From Microbacterium sp. (lineage in GTDB: Bacteria; Actinomycetota; Actinomycetes; Actinomycetales; Microbacteriaceae): 64,000 nt of DNA. This document shows, in pieces, positions 52,323-63,539 of the stretch. The DNA lies in contig NZ_JASGFE010000003.1 in NCBI RefSeq assembly GCF_047605725.1, positions 13,683-77,682 on the forward strand. Direction: 5' to 3'. Each line of letters opens with the position of its first letter. The stretch's first letter is position 1. The position numbers and the translations under genes were made by a program. The notes under the pieces were generated by a model. It did no database searches, was not told the DNA's origin, and worked only from the letters and a program-made list of their open reading frames with translations.

Positions 52323-53083
52323 CGGCGCACCTCGATGCCGTCGGCGGCGAGCGCGTCCTTGACCTCGCCGATCGTGAGGTGGCCGGAGTGGAAGACGGAT
52401 GCCGCGAGCACCGCGTCGGCGCCGGCCCGCACCGCCGGCGTGAAGTCGGCGGCCTCTCCCGCCCCGCCGGAGGCGATCACCGGGACGCTGGAGAGCTCGC
52501 GCATGAGCCCGACCAGTTCCAGGTCGAAGCCGTCCTTCGTGCCGTCGGCGTCGATCGAGTTGACCAGCAGCTCCCCCGCCCCCCGCTCGATCGCCTCGCG
52601 CGCCCAGTCCAGGGCGTCGAGGTCGGTCGCGGTCCGCCCGCCATGGGTCGTCACGATGAAGCCGGAGCGGGTGCCCGCGGCACGCTTGACGTCGAGCGAG
52701 AGCACCAGCACCTGCGCGCCGAAGCGATCGGCGATCTCGTCGACCAGGCCCGGCCGGGCGATCGCGGCGGAGTTCACCCCGACCTTGTCGGCGCCGACGC
52801 TCAGCAGGCGCGCGACGTCGTCGACGGAGCGCACCCCGCCGCCCACGGTGAGCGGGATGAACACCTGCTCGGCGGTGCGCCGCACGACGTCGTAGGTCGT
52901 GGCGCGGTCGTCCACGGTCGCGGTCACGTCGAGGAAGGTGAGCTCGTCGGCACCCTGCGCGTAGTAGCGGCGGGCGAGCTCGACCGGGTCGCCCATCTCG
53001 CGCAGGTTCTCGAAGTTCACACCCTTGACGACGCGGCCGTCGGCGACGTCGAGGCACGGGATCACGCGGCACGCGAGGCTCAT
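52319..53083 (-). CDS. hisF: Imidazole glycerol phosphate synthase cyclase subunit
   Basis: [28 protein letters not shown]. Confidence 0.97.
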   Translation of the reverse strand: MSLACRVIPCLDVADGRVVKGVNFENLREMGDPVELARRYYAQGADELTFLDVTATVDDRATTYDVVRRTAEQVFIPLTVGGGVRSVDDVARLLSVGADKVGVNSAAIARPGLVDEIADRFGAQVLVLSLDVKRAAGTRSGFIVTTHGGRTATDLDALDWAREAIERGAGELLVNSIDADGTKDGFDLELVGLMRELSSVPVIASGGAGEAADFTPAVRAGADAVLAASVFHSGHLTIGEVKDALAADGIEVRR

Positions 53084-53084
53084 G

Positions 53085-53927
53085 TCACAGCCTCGCGTTG
53101 TGGATCGCGGTCACGAGGATCGCCCGGGCGCCGATCGCGTACAGCGCGTCCATCGCCTGGTTGACCCCCGCGCGCGGCACCTGGACCCTCACCGCCACCC
53201 ACTCCGGGTCGCGCAGCGGCGACACCGTCGGCGACTCGATGCCCGGCGCGATCGCCGTCGCCTCGTCGAGGCGCGCGACCGGCAGGTCGTAGTCGACGAG
53301 CACGTACCGGCGCGCGACCAGCACGCCGCGCAGGCGCCGCAGCAGCGTCTCGGTGCCCGGAGCCTCGTCGGCCCCCGTGATGAGCACTCCCTCGGAGCGG
53401 AGGATGACGGGACCGAAGACCTCCAGCCCTGCCTGACGCAGCGTCGTGCCGGTCTCGACCACGTCGGCGACGGCGTCGGCGACGCCGAGCCGCACGGCCG
53501 ACTCCACCGCGCCGTCGAGCGGCACGAGGTCGACGGCCACGCCGTGCTCGTCGAGAAAGGCGTCGACCAGACCCGGGTACGAGGTCGCGATGCGTGCACC
53601 GTCGAGGTCGGCGAGCTCGGCGAAGCGTCCGGGCGGAGCCGCGAAGCGGAAGGTCGAGCTCGCGAACCCGAGCGCCTCGATCTCCCGGGCCCCCGGCATC
53701 CGCGCGTCGCGCAGCAGGTCGCGGCCGGTGATGCCGACATCGAGGGCGCCCGAGCCGACGTAGGTGGCGATGTCCTTCGGTCGGAGGTAGAAGAACTCCA
53801 CGTCGTTGACCGGATCGATGATGTGGAGGTCTTTGGAGTCGCGACGGCCGACGTAGCCGGCTTCGTGGAGCAGCTCGGCGGCGGTCTCAGCGAGTGAGCC
53901 CTTGTTGGGCACGGCGATGCGCAGCAT
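53085..53927 (-). CDS. hisG: ATP phosphoribosyltransferase (long form)
   Basis: [30 protein letters not shown]. Confidence 0.95.
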   Translation of the reverse strand: MLRIAVPNKGSLAETAAELLHEAGYVGRRDSKDLHIIDPVNDVEFFYLRPKDIATYVGSGALDVGITGRDLLRDARMPGAREIEALGFASSTFRFAAPPGRFAELADLDGARIATSYPGLVDAFLDEHGVAVDLVPLDGAVESAVRLGVADAVADVVETGTTLRQAGLEVFGPVILRSEGVLITGADEAPGTETLLRRLRGVLVARRYVLVDYDLPVARLDEATAIAPGIESPTVSPLRDPEWVAVRVQVPRAGVNQAMDALYAIGARAILVTAIHNARL

Positions 53928-53965
53928 GGAGGTCTTTCGGTTCGGAGCGGTCGGAGGCGGCGCGC

Positions 53966-54229
53966 TCACAGATGTCGGTAGACGTCCTCGGGAGTGAGGC
54001 CCTTGGCGAGCATGAGGACCTGCAGGTGGTAGAGCAGCTGCGAGATCTCCTCGGCCGTCGCCTCGTCGGGCTCGTACTCCGCGGCCATCCAGACCTCGGC
54101 GGCCTCCTCCACGATCTTCTTCCCGATCGCGTGGACGCCGCGGTCGAGCTGGGCCACGGTACCGGATCCCTCCGGGCGCGCCGCCGCGATCGCGGTCAGC
54201 TCCGCGAACAGGCCGTCGAACGTCTTCAC
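53966..54229 (-). CDS. hisE: Phosphoribosyl-ATP pyrophosphatase
   Basis: [27 protein letters not shown]. Confidence 0.95.
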   Translation of the reverse strand: MKTFDGLFAELTAIAAARPEGSGTVAQLDRGVHAIGKKIVEEAAEVWMAAEYEPDEATAEEISQLLYHLQVLMLAKGLTPEDVYRHL

Positions 54230-54275
54230 CCCTCCAGGGTAGTCGGTGGGACCGACCCCGGTGCGCGGGGGGGCG

Positions 54276-54953
54276 TCAGTGTCGGTGCGCGGCCGCGGCG
54301 TGGCGGAGAGCGGCGATCGCGGCATCCGGATCGCCGGCGCCGAACACCGCGGAGCCGGCGACGAACGTGTCCGCGCCGGCCTCGGCGGCCTGCTCGATCG
54401 TGCCCGGCGCGATGCCGCCGTCGACCTGCAGCCACACCGCCGAGCCCCGCCGTCGGGCCTCGTCGGCCAGGCGTCGGAGCTTGGGCATGGTCTCGGGCAT
54501 GAACGACTGTCCCCCGAAGCCGGGCTCGACGGTCATCACGAGGATCTGGTCGAAGTCGTCGAGCAGGTCGAACAGTCCGTCGACCGGTGTCGCGGGCTTG
54601 ACGGCGACACCGGCGCGGGACCCGACGGCGCGGAGTCGGCGCGCGAGCGCGACCGGTTCGGTGGCCGCCTCCAGGTGGAAGGTGACGGATGCCGCGCCCA
54701 GCTCCGCGTACGCGGGCGCCCAGCGGTCGGGGTCGGTGATCATGAGGTGCACGTCGAGCGGGACCGGGCTGGTCGCCTGGATGCGCTCGACCATCTGCGG
54801 GCCGAACGTGAGGTTCGGCACGAAGTGGTTGTCCATGACGTCGACGTGCACGAAGTCGGCCGAGGCGATGCGGGCCAGCTCCGCCTGCATGTTCACGAAG
54901 TCGGCGGCCAGGATGCTGGGATTGATGCGGAGGTCTGGGTCGTCTGCGGGCAC
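54276..54953 (-). CDS. rpe: Ribulose-phosphate 3-epimerase
   Basis: [28 protein letters not shown]. Confidence 0.96.
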   Translation of the reverse strand: MPADDPDLRINPSILAADFVNMQAELARIASADFVHVDVMDNHFVPNLTFGPQMVERIQATSPVPLDVHLMITDPDRWAPAYAELGAASVTFHLEAATEPVALARRLRAVGSRAGVAVKPATPVDGLFDLLDDFDQILVMTVEPGFGGQSFMPETMPKLRRLADEARRRGSAVWLQVDGGIAPGTIEQAAEAGADTFVAGSAVFGAGDPDAAIAALRHAAAAHRH

Positions 54954-54998
54954 GCTCCCATTATGGCCAGGACCGTGCCGCAGGCCGCCGCATCGCTG

Positions 54999-56351
54999 TC
55001 AGCGTCGGCGCAGCAGCGAGATCGACATCGCGTCGGTGCCGTGCCGATGCGGCCAGAGCTGGGCACGACCGGACCCGTCGGCCTGCGGCGGCAGGTCGAG
55101 GTCGGAGGCGGCGACGGATGCCACGACCTGTCGCGCGTCGAGCTCCTCCACCGCTTCCCCCGCGGCGCGGCGCACCTCGGCGACCACCGCGGCCGTCTCG
55201 GCCAGGTGCGGTGAGCACGTGACGTAGGCGACGACGCCGCCCGGGGCGAGCGCGCCGACCGCCGCGGTGAGGAGCTCCACCTGCAGCGCGGTGAGCTCGC
55301 GCACGTCGGCGGGGGTCTTGCGCCAGCGCGCTTCGGGCCGGCGCCGGAGGGCCCCGAGCCCCGTGCACGGGGCATCGACGAGGATGCGGTCGTACCGGCC
55401 CTGACCGGCGCGGCGGCGGCCATCGTCCTCCGATACCGGAACCTCCAGCGGAACCCCCGCCACCGAATCCCGCACGAGCTTCGCACGCGCGGGCGACAGC
55501 TCGTTGGCCTCCAGCCTCGCCCCACCCGCGTACGCCTCGGCCGCCAGCACCGCGGTCTTCCCGCCGGGTGCGGCGCACAGGTCGAGCCACCGCTCGCCCG
55601 CGCGCACCGGAGCGACCCGCGACAGGGCGAGCGCCGCGAGCTGAGACCCCTCGTCCTGCACGCGGACCTGTCCGCCCGCCTCCGCGACGACGCGCTCGGG
55701 CGGTCCGCCCAGGCGGAACCCGATCGGCGAGTACGGCGTGGCCGCCGCCTCTGCGGGCCGCTCCGCGAGCCCCGGCAGAGCGGCCAGGGTCACCGCCGGG
55801 GCGAGGTTGTCGGCGGCCAGGAGCTGCTCCAGCTCCCCCGCGCGGCCCTCGGCTGCGAGCGCGCGCCGGAATGCTCGCAGCACCCACACCGGATGGGCGA
55901 ACCGCAGCCCGACCCGCTCGTCGTCCGAGCGTGCGCCCCGCTCCAGCCGGGCGAGCCACTCCTCCAGCGAGCGCTCCGAGACGCGGCGCAGCACGGCGTT
56001 GGCGAACCCGGTGGCCCTTCTCCCCGATGTCGCCCGCACGAGCTCGACGCTCTCGTGCACGGCGGCGTGGGCTGCCACGCGCGTCGACAGCAGCTGGTGA
56101 ACGCCGAGCCGCAGCGCGTCGAGCACCGGCGGGTCGATCGCCGAGGGGGTCCTGCCCGCGGCATCCGCGATGATCGCGTCGTAGGTGCCCTGCCGCCGGA
56201 GCGTGCCGTACGTGAGCTCGGTCGCCAGGCCCGCGTCGGCAGGCGACAGGCCCGCTCGGGCGATCTCGTGCGGCAGCAGCAGGTTGGCGTACGCGTCGGT
56301 GCCCGAGACGGCCCTGATCGTCTGGAAGGCGACGGTGCGCGCGGGATTCAC
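54999..56351 (-). CDS. rsmB: RsmB/NOP-family rRNA m5C methyltransferase
   Basis: NusB-like N-terminus, DLCAAPGGKT, DAPCTGLG, YVTCSP. Confidence 0.92.
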   Translation of the reverse strand: MNPARTVAFQTIRAVSGTDAYANLLLPHEIARAGLSPADAGLATELTYGTLRRQGTYDAIIADAAGRTPSAIDPPVLDALRLGVHQLLSTRVAAHAAVHESVELVRATSGRRATGFANAVLRRVSERSLEEWLARLERGARSDDERVGLRFAHPVWVLRAFRRALAAEGRAGELEQLLAADNLAPAVTLAALPGLAERPAEAAATPYSPIGFRLGGPPERVVAEAGGQVRVQDEGSQLAALALSRVAPVRAGERWLDLCAAPGGKTAVLAAEAYAGGARLEANELSPARAKLVRDSVAGVPLEVPVSEDDGRRRAGQGRYDRILVDAPCTGLGALRRRPEARWRKTPADVRELTALQVELLTAAVGALAPGGVVAYVTCSPHLAETAAVVAEVRRAAGEAVEELDARQVVASVAASDLDLPPQADGSGRAQLWPHRHGTDAMSISLLRRR

Positions 56352-57265
56352 GATCCGACCCGCGGGTCGTGAAGGCGCAGGCCCCGCCACCAGTCCGCGG
56401 CGGCCATCGGTCCCTTGCCCGCCGGCTGCACGGTGCGCAGGAGAACTGTGCCGTCGCCGGTGCCGGCCACGACGTCGCGGCCGACCAGGGCGAGCGCACC
56501 CGGAGCGAGGTCGGCATCGGGACCGCGCAGGGCGGCGAGCACCTTCAGCCGCTGCCCGTCGACGGTGGTGTGCGCGCCGGGCTCGGGGGTCGTGCCGCGG
56601 AAGCGGTCGAGCACGCGCTCGGCGCTCTGGGCGAAGTCGAGGAGCCCGTCGGCGATCGTGAGCTTCGGGGCGAACGTCGGCTCCCCCTCCTGGGGACGGG
56701 CGACCGCCGTGCCCGCAGCGAGGTCGTCGACGACCTGGACGAGCAGCTCCGCGCCGCGCACCGCGAGCTCGGCGAGCACGTCGCCCGCGGTCGCGCCGCG
56801 GGGCACGGGGTAGCGCAGCTCGCGGTAGACGTCGCCGGCATCGAGCGCCGCCACGAGCCGGAAGACGCTGGCCCCGGTCACGCGATCGCCGGCGACGAGC
56901 GCGTGCTGCACCGGTGCGGCGCCGCGCCAGCGCGGCAGGAGCGAGAAGTGCAGGTTGATCCAGCCGTACCGTGGCAGCGACAGCAGCGGCTCGCGCACGA
57001 GCCCGCCGTAGGCCACGACGACCCCGAGGTCGGGCTGCCAGGAGGCGACGGCGTCGGTGGCCGCGGCATCCAGCCGGTCGGTCTTGACGACGGGCACACC
57101 CCGCTCGGCGGCCACGGCGGCGACCGGAGACGGCGTGAGCACGCGCTTGCGGCCGACCGGTGCATCGGTGCGGGTGAGGACGCCGACGAGGTCGTGGGCG
57201 GATGCCGCGACCGCCTGCAGCGACGGCAGTGCCGGCGCGGGCGTGCCGGCGAAGACGATGCGCAT
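56348..57265 (-). CDS. fmt: Methionyl-tRNA formyltransferase
   Basis: MRIVFAGTP, INLHFSLLPRWRGAAPVQ. Confidence 0.95.
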   Translation of the reverse strand: MRIVFAGTPAPALPSLQAVAASAHDLVGVLTRTDAPVGRKRVLTPSPVAAVAAERGVPVVKTDRLDAAATDAVASWQPDLGVVVAYGGLVREPLLSLPRYGWINLHFSLLPRWRGAAPVQHALVAGDRVTGASVFRLVAALDAGDVYRELRYPVPRGATAGDVLAELAVRGAELLVQVVDDLAAGTAVARPQEGEPTFAPKLTIADGLLDFAQSAERVLDRFRGTTPEPGAHTTVDGQRLKVLAALRGPDADLAPGALALVGRDVVAGTGDGTVLLRTVQPAGKGPMAAADWWRGLRLHDPRVGS

Positions 57266-57273
57266 CGGGCTCC

Positions 57274-59226
57274 TCACAGGTCGAGCTCGGGCACGTCGAG
57301 CCGCACCCTGAGTGTAGTGCGGGGCGTGCGCGCTCCTCGGACGCGTCGGCGGCCGAGCGCGCGGGCGACCACGGCAGCGCGCAGCGATGCCGCCACCCGG
57401 CGCCCGGCGGCGTAGTCGAAGCGCACGAGCGCGCGCACGCCCGCCTCGCCCGCCGGCACCGGCCCGAGGATCGCCGCCTCGGCCAGCGTCGGCACGGCCG
57501 CGCGCAGCTCCTCGAGCGTCTCGCGCACCGCGTCGGCCTCGCCCTCCACGGCCGCGACGCGGACGGTCGGCGGCATGAGCAGGGGCGCGCGCTCGGCGAG
57601 CTGGCTGCGCGCATAGGCGGGCTGGGTCCAGGTCGCGAACGCGCGCGCCACCGGACCGGTCACCCCGACCAGATGCACCGGAGCGCCGGGGGCGGCCAGC
57701 GCCGCCGCATTCGACCACCAGCGCAGGCACGACTCGCCGATGCGCAGCTGCTCGGTCAGCAGCATGCGGTCTCCGTCGAGCAGGATCACGGCACGATAGC
57801 CGCCCTCGGCGAACGGCTCCGCGCCGCGCGTGGCGACCACAAGGGCCGGCCGGGAGTCGACGCGGCCGACCGAGTGCTCGCCGTCGGCGACGACGACGCG
57901 TGTGTTCGGGAAGGCGCGGCCGAGCTCGTCGGCGGTACGCTCGCTGCCCGACGATGCCATGCGCAGCCGCGTCGACGCGCACGCCGGGCACGTCCATCCC
58001 GGTGCGGGGCGCCCGCACCACGCGCACTCCGGCACGACGCCCGGGCGACGCGCGCGCAGCGGTCCCCCGCAGTGCGCACAGTGCGCGGATGTGCGACAGC
58101 CGGCGCACACGAGCACCGGCGCATAGCCGGGGCGGGCGACCTGCACGAGCACCGGGCCGTGCGCGAGCGCGTCGCGCGCGGCGGCGAAGGCCGTCGAGGG
58201 CACGCGGGCACCACCGGCCTCGCCGACCGGGGGAAGCACGATGCGCGGGGTCTCACGCCGGGCCGCGGGCACCTCGCGCACCCAGCCGAGGCCGACCAGC
58301 CGCTCCACGTCGGTCGTGCGCGTGTGGCCCGCGAAGACCAGCGCGCTCCCCTCCTGCTCCTGCCGCAGCAGCGCCGCGTCGCGTGCGTGCACGCCCGGGC
58401 TGAGCGGCTCGGCCAGCAGGGGATCGCCGTCGTCCCACAGCGCGACCACGCCCACGTCGTGCGCCGGCGCGTACACGCTGGAGCGGTTCCCGACGACCAC
58501 GCACGGCTCCCCCGCCAGCACACGCAGGTAGGACCGGTACCGTTCCGGGGCAGAGCGGGCGGCGTCGTCGCGCACGACCGCCTCGTCGGGCACACGCCCG
58601 GCGAGCGCCTCGAGCACCTGGTCGAGATCGCGGTGGTCCGGCACGACGAGCACGGCGCTGCGTCCGCCCTGCAGCGCGTGCACCGCCACGGCGGCCAGCA
58701 GCTCGGCCCACGCGCCCACCGGGCGATCGACGGACGGCCGCGGCGGCGCGTCGACGGCCAGGCGCTCACCGGCATCCAACCCGTGGGCAAGGCCTGGGTG
58801 ACCGGCGAGCACGCCCGCCGCCCAGCGCTGCGCGGCCTCGGCGACGAGGGGGGTGCGCGGCGGATCGGCGGCGAGCCAGGCCTTCTCGGCGCGCACCATG
58901 CGGCGCGGGATCGCGAGGCGCAGGACGTCGCTGGTCGAGCCGGCGGCCCGCTCGGCAGCCCGCCGGGCGAGCTCGTACAGCGCCGCGGGCATGAGCACGA
59001 CCGGCGAGACGATCGCCTCCAGGGCCGATAGCGGCCGGTCGCCCGGGACAGCGTCGCCCCGCTCGACGAGGTAGCCCTCGACGACGCGGCCGGCGCTGCG
59101 CAGCGGGACGGCGACCCGCACACCGGGGACGGCTGCGGCATCCAACTCGGCAGGAATGGCGTAGTCGAAGAGGCGGTCGAGCTGGGGCAGCGGCGAGTCG
59201 ATGAGCACGCGCGCGACGGTGATCAC
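57274..59226 (-). CDS. priA: Primosomal protein N' (actinobacterial type)
   Basis: LDRLFDY, Zn-finger CxxC x4, GSERTADELGRAFP. Confidence 0.92.
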   Translation of the reverse strand: MITVARVLIDSPLPQLDRLFDYAIPAELDAAAVPGVRVAVPLRSAGRVVEGYLVERGDAVPGDRPLSALEAIVSPVVLMPAALYELARRAAERAAGSTSDVLRLAIPRRMVRAEKAWLAADPPRTPLVAEAAQRWAAGVLAGHPGLAHGLDAGERLAVDAPPRPSVDRPVGAWAELLAAVAVHALQGGRSAVLVVPDHRDLDQVLEALAGRVPDEAVVRDDAARSAPERYRSYLRVLAGEPCVVVGNRSSVYAPAHDVGVVALWDDGDPLLAEPLSPGVHARDAALLRQEQEGSALVFAGHTRTTDVERLVGLGWVREVPAARRETPRIVLPPVGEAGGARVPSTAFAAARDALAHGPVLVQVARPGYAPVLVCAGCRTSAHCAHCGGPLRARRPGVVPECAWCGRPAPGWTCPACASTRLRMASSGSERTADELGRAFPNTRVVVADGEHSVGRVDSRPALVVATRGAEPFAEGGYRAVILLDGDRMLLTEQLRIGESCLRWWSNAAALAAPGAPVHLVGVTGPVARAFATWTQPAYARSQLAERAPLLMPPTVRVAAVEGEADAVRETLEELRAAVPTLAEAAILGPVPAGEAGVRALVRFDYAAGRRVAASLRAAVVARALGRRRVRGARTPRTTLRVRLDVPELDL

Positions 59227-59236
59227 GGATGCCCCG

Positions 59237-60430
59237 TCAGAGCCCGGCGGCGGCGCGCAGCTCCTCGGCACGGTCGGTGCGCTCCCACGTGAAGTCGGGC
59301 AGTTCACGACCGAAGTGACCGTAGGCCGCCGTCTGCGCGTAGATCGGACGAAGCAGGTCGAGGCGGTCGATGATGGCCCTCGGGCGCAGATCGAACACAT
59401 CGCGGATCGCCGCGGTGATGACCTCGTCGCCGACGTGACCGGTGCCGAACGTCTCGACGTAGAGCCCCACCGGCTTCGCCTTGCCGATCGCGTAGGCGAC
59501 CTGCACCTCGAGGCGGTCGGCGAGTCCCGCGGCCACTGCGTTCTTGGCCACCCAGCGCATCGCGTACGCGGCGGAGCGGTCGACCTTCGACGGGTCCTTG
59601 CCGCTGAACGCACCGCCGCCGTGGCGGGACGCGCCGCCGTAGGTGTCGATGATGATCTTGCGGCCGGTGAGCCCGGCGTCGCCCTTGGGCCCGCCGATCA
59701 CGAACGGCCCCGCCGGGTTGATGTAGTAACGCACGTCGGGCAGCTCCAGGCCGGTCCGCTCCAGCACGGGGTCGATGACCTCGGCACGCACCGCGGCGCG
59801 CAGCGCCTTCTGCGAGATGTCGGGGTGGTGCTGGGTGGACAGCACGACCGACTCGACGGTCTTCGGGGTCGCACCGTCATAGCCGAGGGTCACCTGCGTC
59901 TTGCCGTCGGGCCGCAGGAACGGCAGGCTGCCGTCGCGGCGCACCTCGGCCAGGCGCTCGGCGATGCGGTGCGCCGTCCAGATCGCCAGGGGCATGAGCT
60001 GCGGCGTCTCGTTCGTCGCATAGCCGAACATGATGCCCTGGTCGCCGGCGCCCTGCAGGTCGTGCGGGTCCTCGGAGCCGTCCTCACGCCGTTCGAATGC
60101 CTTGTCGACACCCGCGGCGATGTCGGAGGACTGCGCGCCGATCGATACGCTCACGCCGCACGAGTCGCCGTCGAAGCCGGTCTCGCTCGACGTGTAGCCG
60201 ATGCGGTTGACGACGTCGCGGACGATCGCGGGGATCTCCACGTAGGCGCGCGTGGAGACCTCGCCGGCGACGTGCACGAGCCCCGTCGTCACGAGCGTCT
60301 CGACCGCGACCCGCCCGTGCGGATCGTCGGTGAGGATCGCGTCGAGGATCGCGTCGGAGATCTGGTCGCAGATCTTGTCGGGGTGTCCCTCGGTGACGGA
60401 CTCGGAGGTGAACAGACGCAGTCGGCTCAT
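59237..60430 (-). CDS. metK: S-adenosylmethionine synthetase
   Basis: [28 protein letters not shown]. Confidence 0.98.
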   Translation of the reverse strand: MSRLRLFTSESVTEGHPDKICDQISDAILDAILTDDPHGRVAVETLVTTGLVHVAGEVSTRAYVEIPAIVRDVVNRIGYTSSETGFDGDSCGVSVSIGAQSSDIAAGVDKAFERREDGSEDPHDLQGAGDQGIMFGYATNETPQLMPLAIWTAHRIAERLAEVRRDGSLPFLRPDGKTQVTLGYDGATPKTVESVVLSTQHHPDISQKALRAAVRAEVIDPVLERTGLELPDVRYYINPAGPFVIGGPKGDAGLTGRKIIIDTYGGASRHGGGAFSGKDPSKVDRSAAYAMRWVAKNAVAAGLADRLEVQVAYAIGKAKPVGLYVETFGTGHVGDEVITAAIRDVFDLRPRAIIDRLDLLRPIYAQTAAYGHFGRELPDFTWERTDRAEELRAAAGL

Positions 60431-60562
60431 CGCAGGCTCCTCAAGATCGGTGGTGTCGCACAGACATCATGCCCGCGGCCACCGACATGCGTCGGGGAAC
60501 GCGGGCATGGCAGCGCCACGGGGCGTCATACGGCACGGGGTGAGCGCCCCCCGCGGAGATAC

Positions 60563-60817
60563 TCAGTCGACGAGGCGCAGCCGCAGCTTGTCCTCGTGGA
60601 TCTCGTGCAGCGCGATCGTCAGCGGCTTGTCCTCGATGGTCGAGTCGACGAGCGGGCCGACGTTGTCGAAGAGGTTGCCCTCGTGCAGATCCGAGTAGTA
60701 GTCGTTGATCTGGCGCGCGCGCTTGGACGCGTAGATCACGAGCTGGTACTTCGAGTCGACCTTCTCGAGCAGTGCGTCGATGGGCGGGTCGATGATGCCC
60801 TGGTCGCGAGTGGCCAT
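60563..60817 (-). CDS. rpoZ: RNA polymerase omega subunit
   Basis: [36 protein letters not shown]. Confidence 0.95.
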   Translation of the reverse strand: MATRDQGIIDPPIDALLEKVDSKYQLVIYASKRARQINDYYSDLHEGNLFDNVGPLVDSTIEDKPLTIALHEIHEDKLRLRLVD

Positions 60818-60931
60818 GGTGAACCTCCTGGATCGGATGGCTGTGGGGCGGATGAGGAGGGGAAGCCTCGGATGCCGGCGCAGCGCGCCACGGCATCCCG
60901 CCATTCTACAGGCCAAATCCCAAACTGCCCC

Positions 60932-60995
60932 CGTTCCGCAGTCGCTCGGCCACAGTGGCGCGGCCTGCGGACTGTGCTCGAGCGACTGCGGAACG
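60932..60995. repeat. Palindromic element left of the GT-C gene
   Basis: Perfect 17-bp arms CGTTCCGCAGTCGCTCG / CGAGCGACTGCGGAACG. Confidence 0.85.
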
Positions 60996-61045
60996 ACGTG
61001 TCGTCGTCCCGGGTCTGCGCAGCCCGGCTTCGATAGGCTTCTGGG

Positions 61046-62533
61046 ATGTCGGAGGCGCGCGTGACCGAGGGCCTTCCGCCCGTCAAGAGCTGGGAAAAGC
61101 GCACCCTCGTCGCGATCACCGCGGCGTTTGTCTGCGTGGTGGCGCTGTGGGCCATTCTGACGCCGCTGTACGACTCGCCGGACGAGGCGATCCATGTCAA
61201 CTCCGCGATCCGTCTGGCCGAGGGCGGCGGATGGCCGGCGCCCGGTGACGCCCAGCTGCTGGCGATGGTGGTCGCAGCCGAGGCCGAGCGCGATGTCGTC
61301 GCCGAGGAGCGGTCGACGTTCCACGAGCTGCAGGAGGCCCACCCCGGCTACGACGGGCTGGACCAGATGACGCAGCATCCGCCGCTCTACTACGCGTACG
61401 CGGCGGCCGTCCTCCACGCGGTGGACTACCTGGACATCCGCGCTGACCGCGCGCTCTTGGCGTTACGGCTCGCCGGCCTGCTTTTCGCTCTCCTCCTGCC
61501 CTTTTTCGCCTGGAGCGCCGTGCGCCGCCTCACCGGGTCGCCGCGCGCGGCGATCCTCGCGGCGGCTTCGCTTCTGGCCGTGCCACGGCTCGCCAACATT
61601 CTCGGCTCCGTGTCCAACGACACACTCGCGGTGGCCGCCGTCTCCGCCGTGGTCTACTTCGGGGTTCGCATGATGACCGGAGACAAGAGCTGGTGGTCGG
61701 TCGTCGGGATGGGCTCCACGTTGGCCGTGGCGCTGCTGACCAAGTCCACCGCATTGCCCTTGGTCGGCTTCGTGGGAGTCGTCCTGCTGGTGTGGCCCGC
61801 AGGGCTGAGGCTCGGGCGCCGGTTGCTGCGTGCCACCGTCGCGATGGCCGTCGCCAGCTGCGGCGGGTGGTGGTGGATACGCAATGTTCTCCTCTACGGA
61901 ACCCTGCAGCCGGCAGGACTGCTCTACGACGCGAACCCCTGGCCCGAGGGCGAGGGACCGAGCGTGATCTTCTTCACGGAGAACCTGTGGCACCGCATCT
62001 CCAACAGCTTCTGGGGAGGATTCGGACACCTCGACACACCGCTCCCCTATTTCCTCACCGACGTCATCACGGTCGTCTGCCTGGTCGTCGTCGCAGCGTT
62101 CGCGATCCGCCGCGGACCGCTGCTGTGGCAATCGGTGACCCTCGCCGCTGTGCCCCTGGTGTGCGTCATCGCCCTGATAGCCATGACCTGGCCGAGCTAT
62201 GTGCGAAGTCAGCTGCCGAGCGGGATGCAGGGACGCTATTTCTTCGTCGTCATGGTTCCCCTGATCGCCCTGAGCACGTTGGCGTGGAGGCGTCTGGTCG
62301 CGCCCTCCTCTCACAGAAGAGCGGGGGTCGTGCTCCTGCTCAGCTTCGCCTTTCTCGCTGCGCTCGGGTTGGGTGTGGCGTTTCGCGGCTTCTACCCGGC
62401 AGGGCTCGGTGCGTGGCTTGCGCTGTCCCCGGCCGGGGCCCCCGCCACCCTGCTCGTGGTGGCGGCGACAGGTGTGACCTCGGCGCTCGCCCTGGCGCTG
62501 ACCGTGCGCGCGATGCGGACCGCCGCGGGCTGA
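61046..62533 (+). CDS. GT-C fold membrane glycosyltransferase (DUF2142/ArnT-like)
   Basis: PDEAIH, QHPPLYY, VSND, LLTKST, WWIRN, QGRYF motifs; many TM segments. Confidence 0.8.
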   Translation: MSEARVTEGLPPVKSWEKRTLVAITAAFVCVVALWAILTPLYDSPDEAIHVNSAIRLAEGGGWPAPGDAQLLAMVVAAEAERDVVAEERSTFHELQEAHPGYDGLDQMTQHPPLYYAYAAAVLHAVDYLDIRADRALLALRLAGLLFALLLPFFAWSAVRRLTGSPRAAILAAASLLAVPRLANILGSVSNDTLAVAAVSAVVYFGVRMMTGDKSWWSVVGMGSTLAVALLTKSTALPLVGFVGVVLLVWPAGLRLGRRLLRATVAMAVASCGGWWWIRNVLLYGTLQPAGLLYDANPWPEGEGPSVIFFTENLWHRISNSFWGGFGHLDTPLPYFLTDVITVVCLVVVAAFAIRRGPLLWQSVTLAAVPLVCVIALIAMTWPSYVRSQLPSGMQGRYFFVVMVPLIALSTLAWRRLVAPSSHRRAGVVLLLSFAFLAALGLGVAFRGFYPAGLGAWLALSPAGAPATLLVVAATGVTSALALALTVRAMRTAAG

Positions 62534-62563
62534 GTCATCTCACAGGCCCCCGGTCGGATTCGA

Positions 62564-62613
62564 CAGTCGCTCGGGCACAGTGCCGTTTCCCACGGCCTGT
62601 GCCCGAGTCACTG
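62564..62613. repeat. Palindromic element right of the GT-C gene (direct-repeat partner of 60939-60988)
   Basis: CAGTCGCTCGGGCACAGTG...CTGTGCCCGAGTCACTG. Confidence 0.85.
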
Positions 62614-62642
62614 CTGGGCGCCGTGGCGGCCGGGCGACGGTG

Positions 62643-63539
62643 TCAGCGCGCGAGCGCGGCGACCTCGGCCGCGGCGCGGGCCACGTCGTCGTTGACGACG
62701 CGATAGTCGAACTCCGCCTGGGCGGCGAGCTCGTGCTTGGCGGTCTTCAGCCGCCGGGCACGTTCCTCGGCATCCTCGGTGCCGCGGCCGACCAAGCGCT
62801 GGACGAGCTCGTCCCAGCTCGGCGGCAGGAGAAAGACGAGGAGCGCATCGGGGGCTGCGGCGTGCACCTGGCGGGCTCCCTGCAGGTCGATCTCCAGCAG
62901 CACCGTGCGCCCCTGCGCGAGGGCGCGGTCGATCGGGTCCTTCGGGGTGCCGTAACGATAGCGGTTGTGCACGGTCGCGTGCTCGAGCAGCTCGCCCGCG
63001 GCGATCATGCGATCGAACTCGGCATCGTCGACGAAGAAATAGTGCTCGCCATGCGCCTCGCCCGGGCGCGGCGGCCGCGTCGTCGCCGACACCGAGAGGT
63101 GGATCTCGGGGTGGTGGTCGCGGATGTGCGCCGCGACGGTGCCCTTGCCCACAGCGGTGGGTCCGGCCAGCACGAGGAGGCGACTGCGGCCAGGACGAGC
63201 CGCACGGGGCGGGAAGCGGGTGTCCAGCCACGCCTGGAGCGCGGTCCGCTGGCGCACCCCGAGGCCGCCGAGGCGCTTGACGGGAGAGATCTGGAGGTCG
63301 GCGAGGATGCGGTCGCGCTTGCCCTCGCCGATCGCCGGAAGAGCGGTGAGGAACTCCGTCACCCGCATCGCTCCGGCGGGAGACTCGGGGTGCTCGAGCG
63401 CCCGGCGCAGCAGCTCTTGCGGTGTGATGACGCGGGTGGCGACGTCGTTCTTGAGTGCGGCGCGCTCGCGGCGCGCCGCGACGGCGCGACGGGATGCCGC
63501 GGCTCGATCGACCTCCGGGGGGCGGCGCGTGTCAGTCAT
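62643..63539 (-). CDS. gmk: Guanylate kinase with N-terminal actinobacterial IHF (mIHF) domain
   Basis: mIHF-like N-terminus ([10 protein letters not shown]...LPAIG...RLGGLG.RQR); [32 protein letters not shown]. Confidence 0.92.
   Translation of the reverse strand: MTDTRRPPEVDRAAASRRAVAARRERAALKNDVATRVITPQELLRRALEHPESPAGAMRVTEFLTALPAIGEGKRDRILADLQISPVKRLGGLGVRQRTALQAWLDTRFPPRAARPGRSRLLVLAGPTAVGKGTVAAHIRDHHPEIHLSVSATTRPPRPGEAHGEHYFFVDDAEFDRMIAAGELLEHATVHNRYRYGTPKDPIDRALAQGRTVLLEIDLQGARQVHAAAPDALLVFLLPPSWDELVQRLVGRGTEDAEERARRLKTAKHELAAQAEFDYRVVNDDVARAAAEVAALAR

Noticed and set aside
60430-60563. SAM riboswitch upstream of metK
   Set aside because: Only a simple hairpin; no SAM-I/IV conserved sequence recognised.
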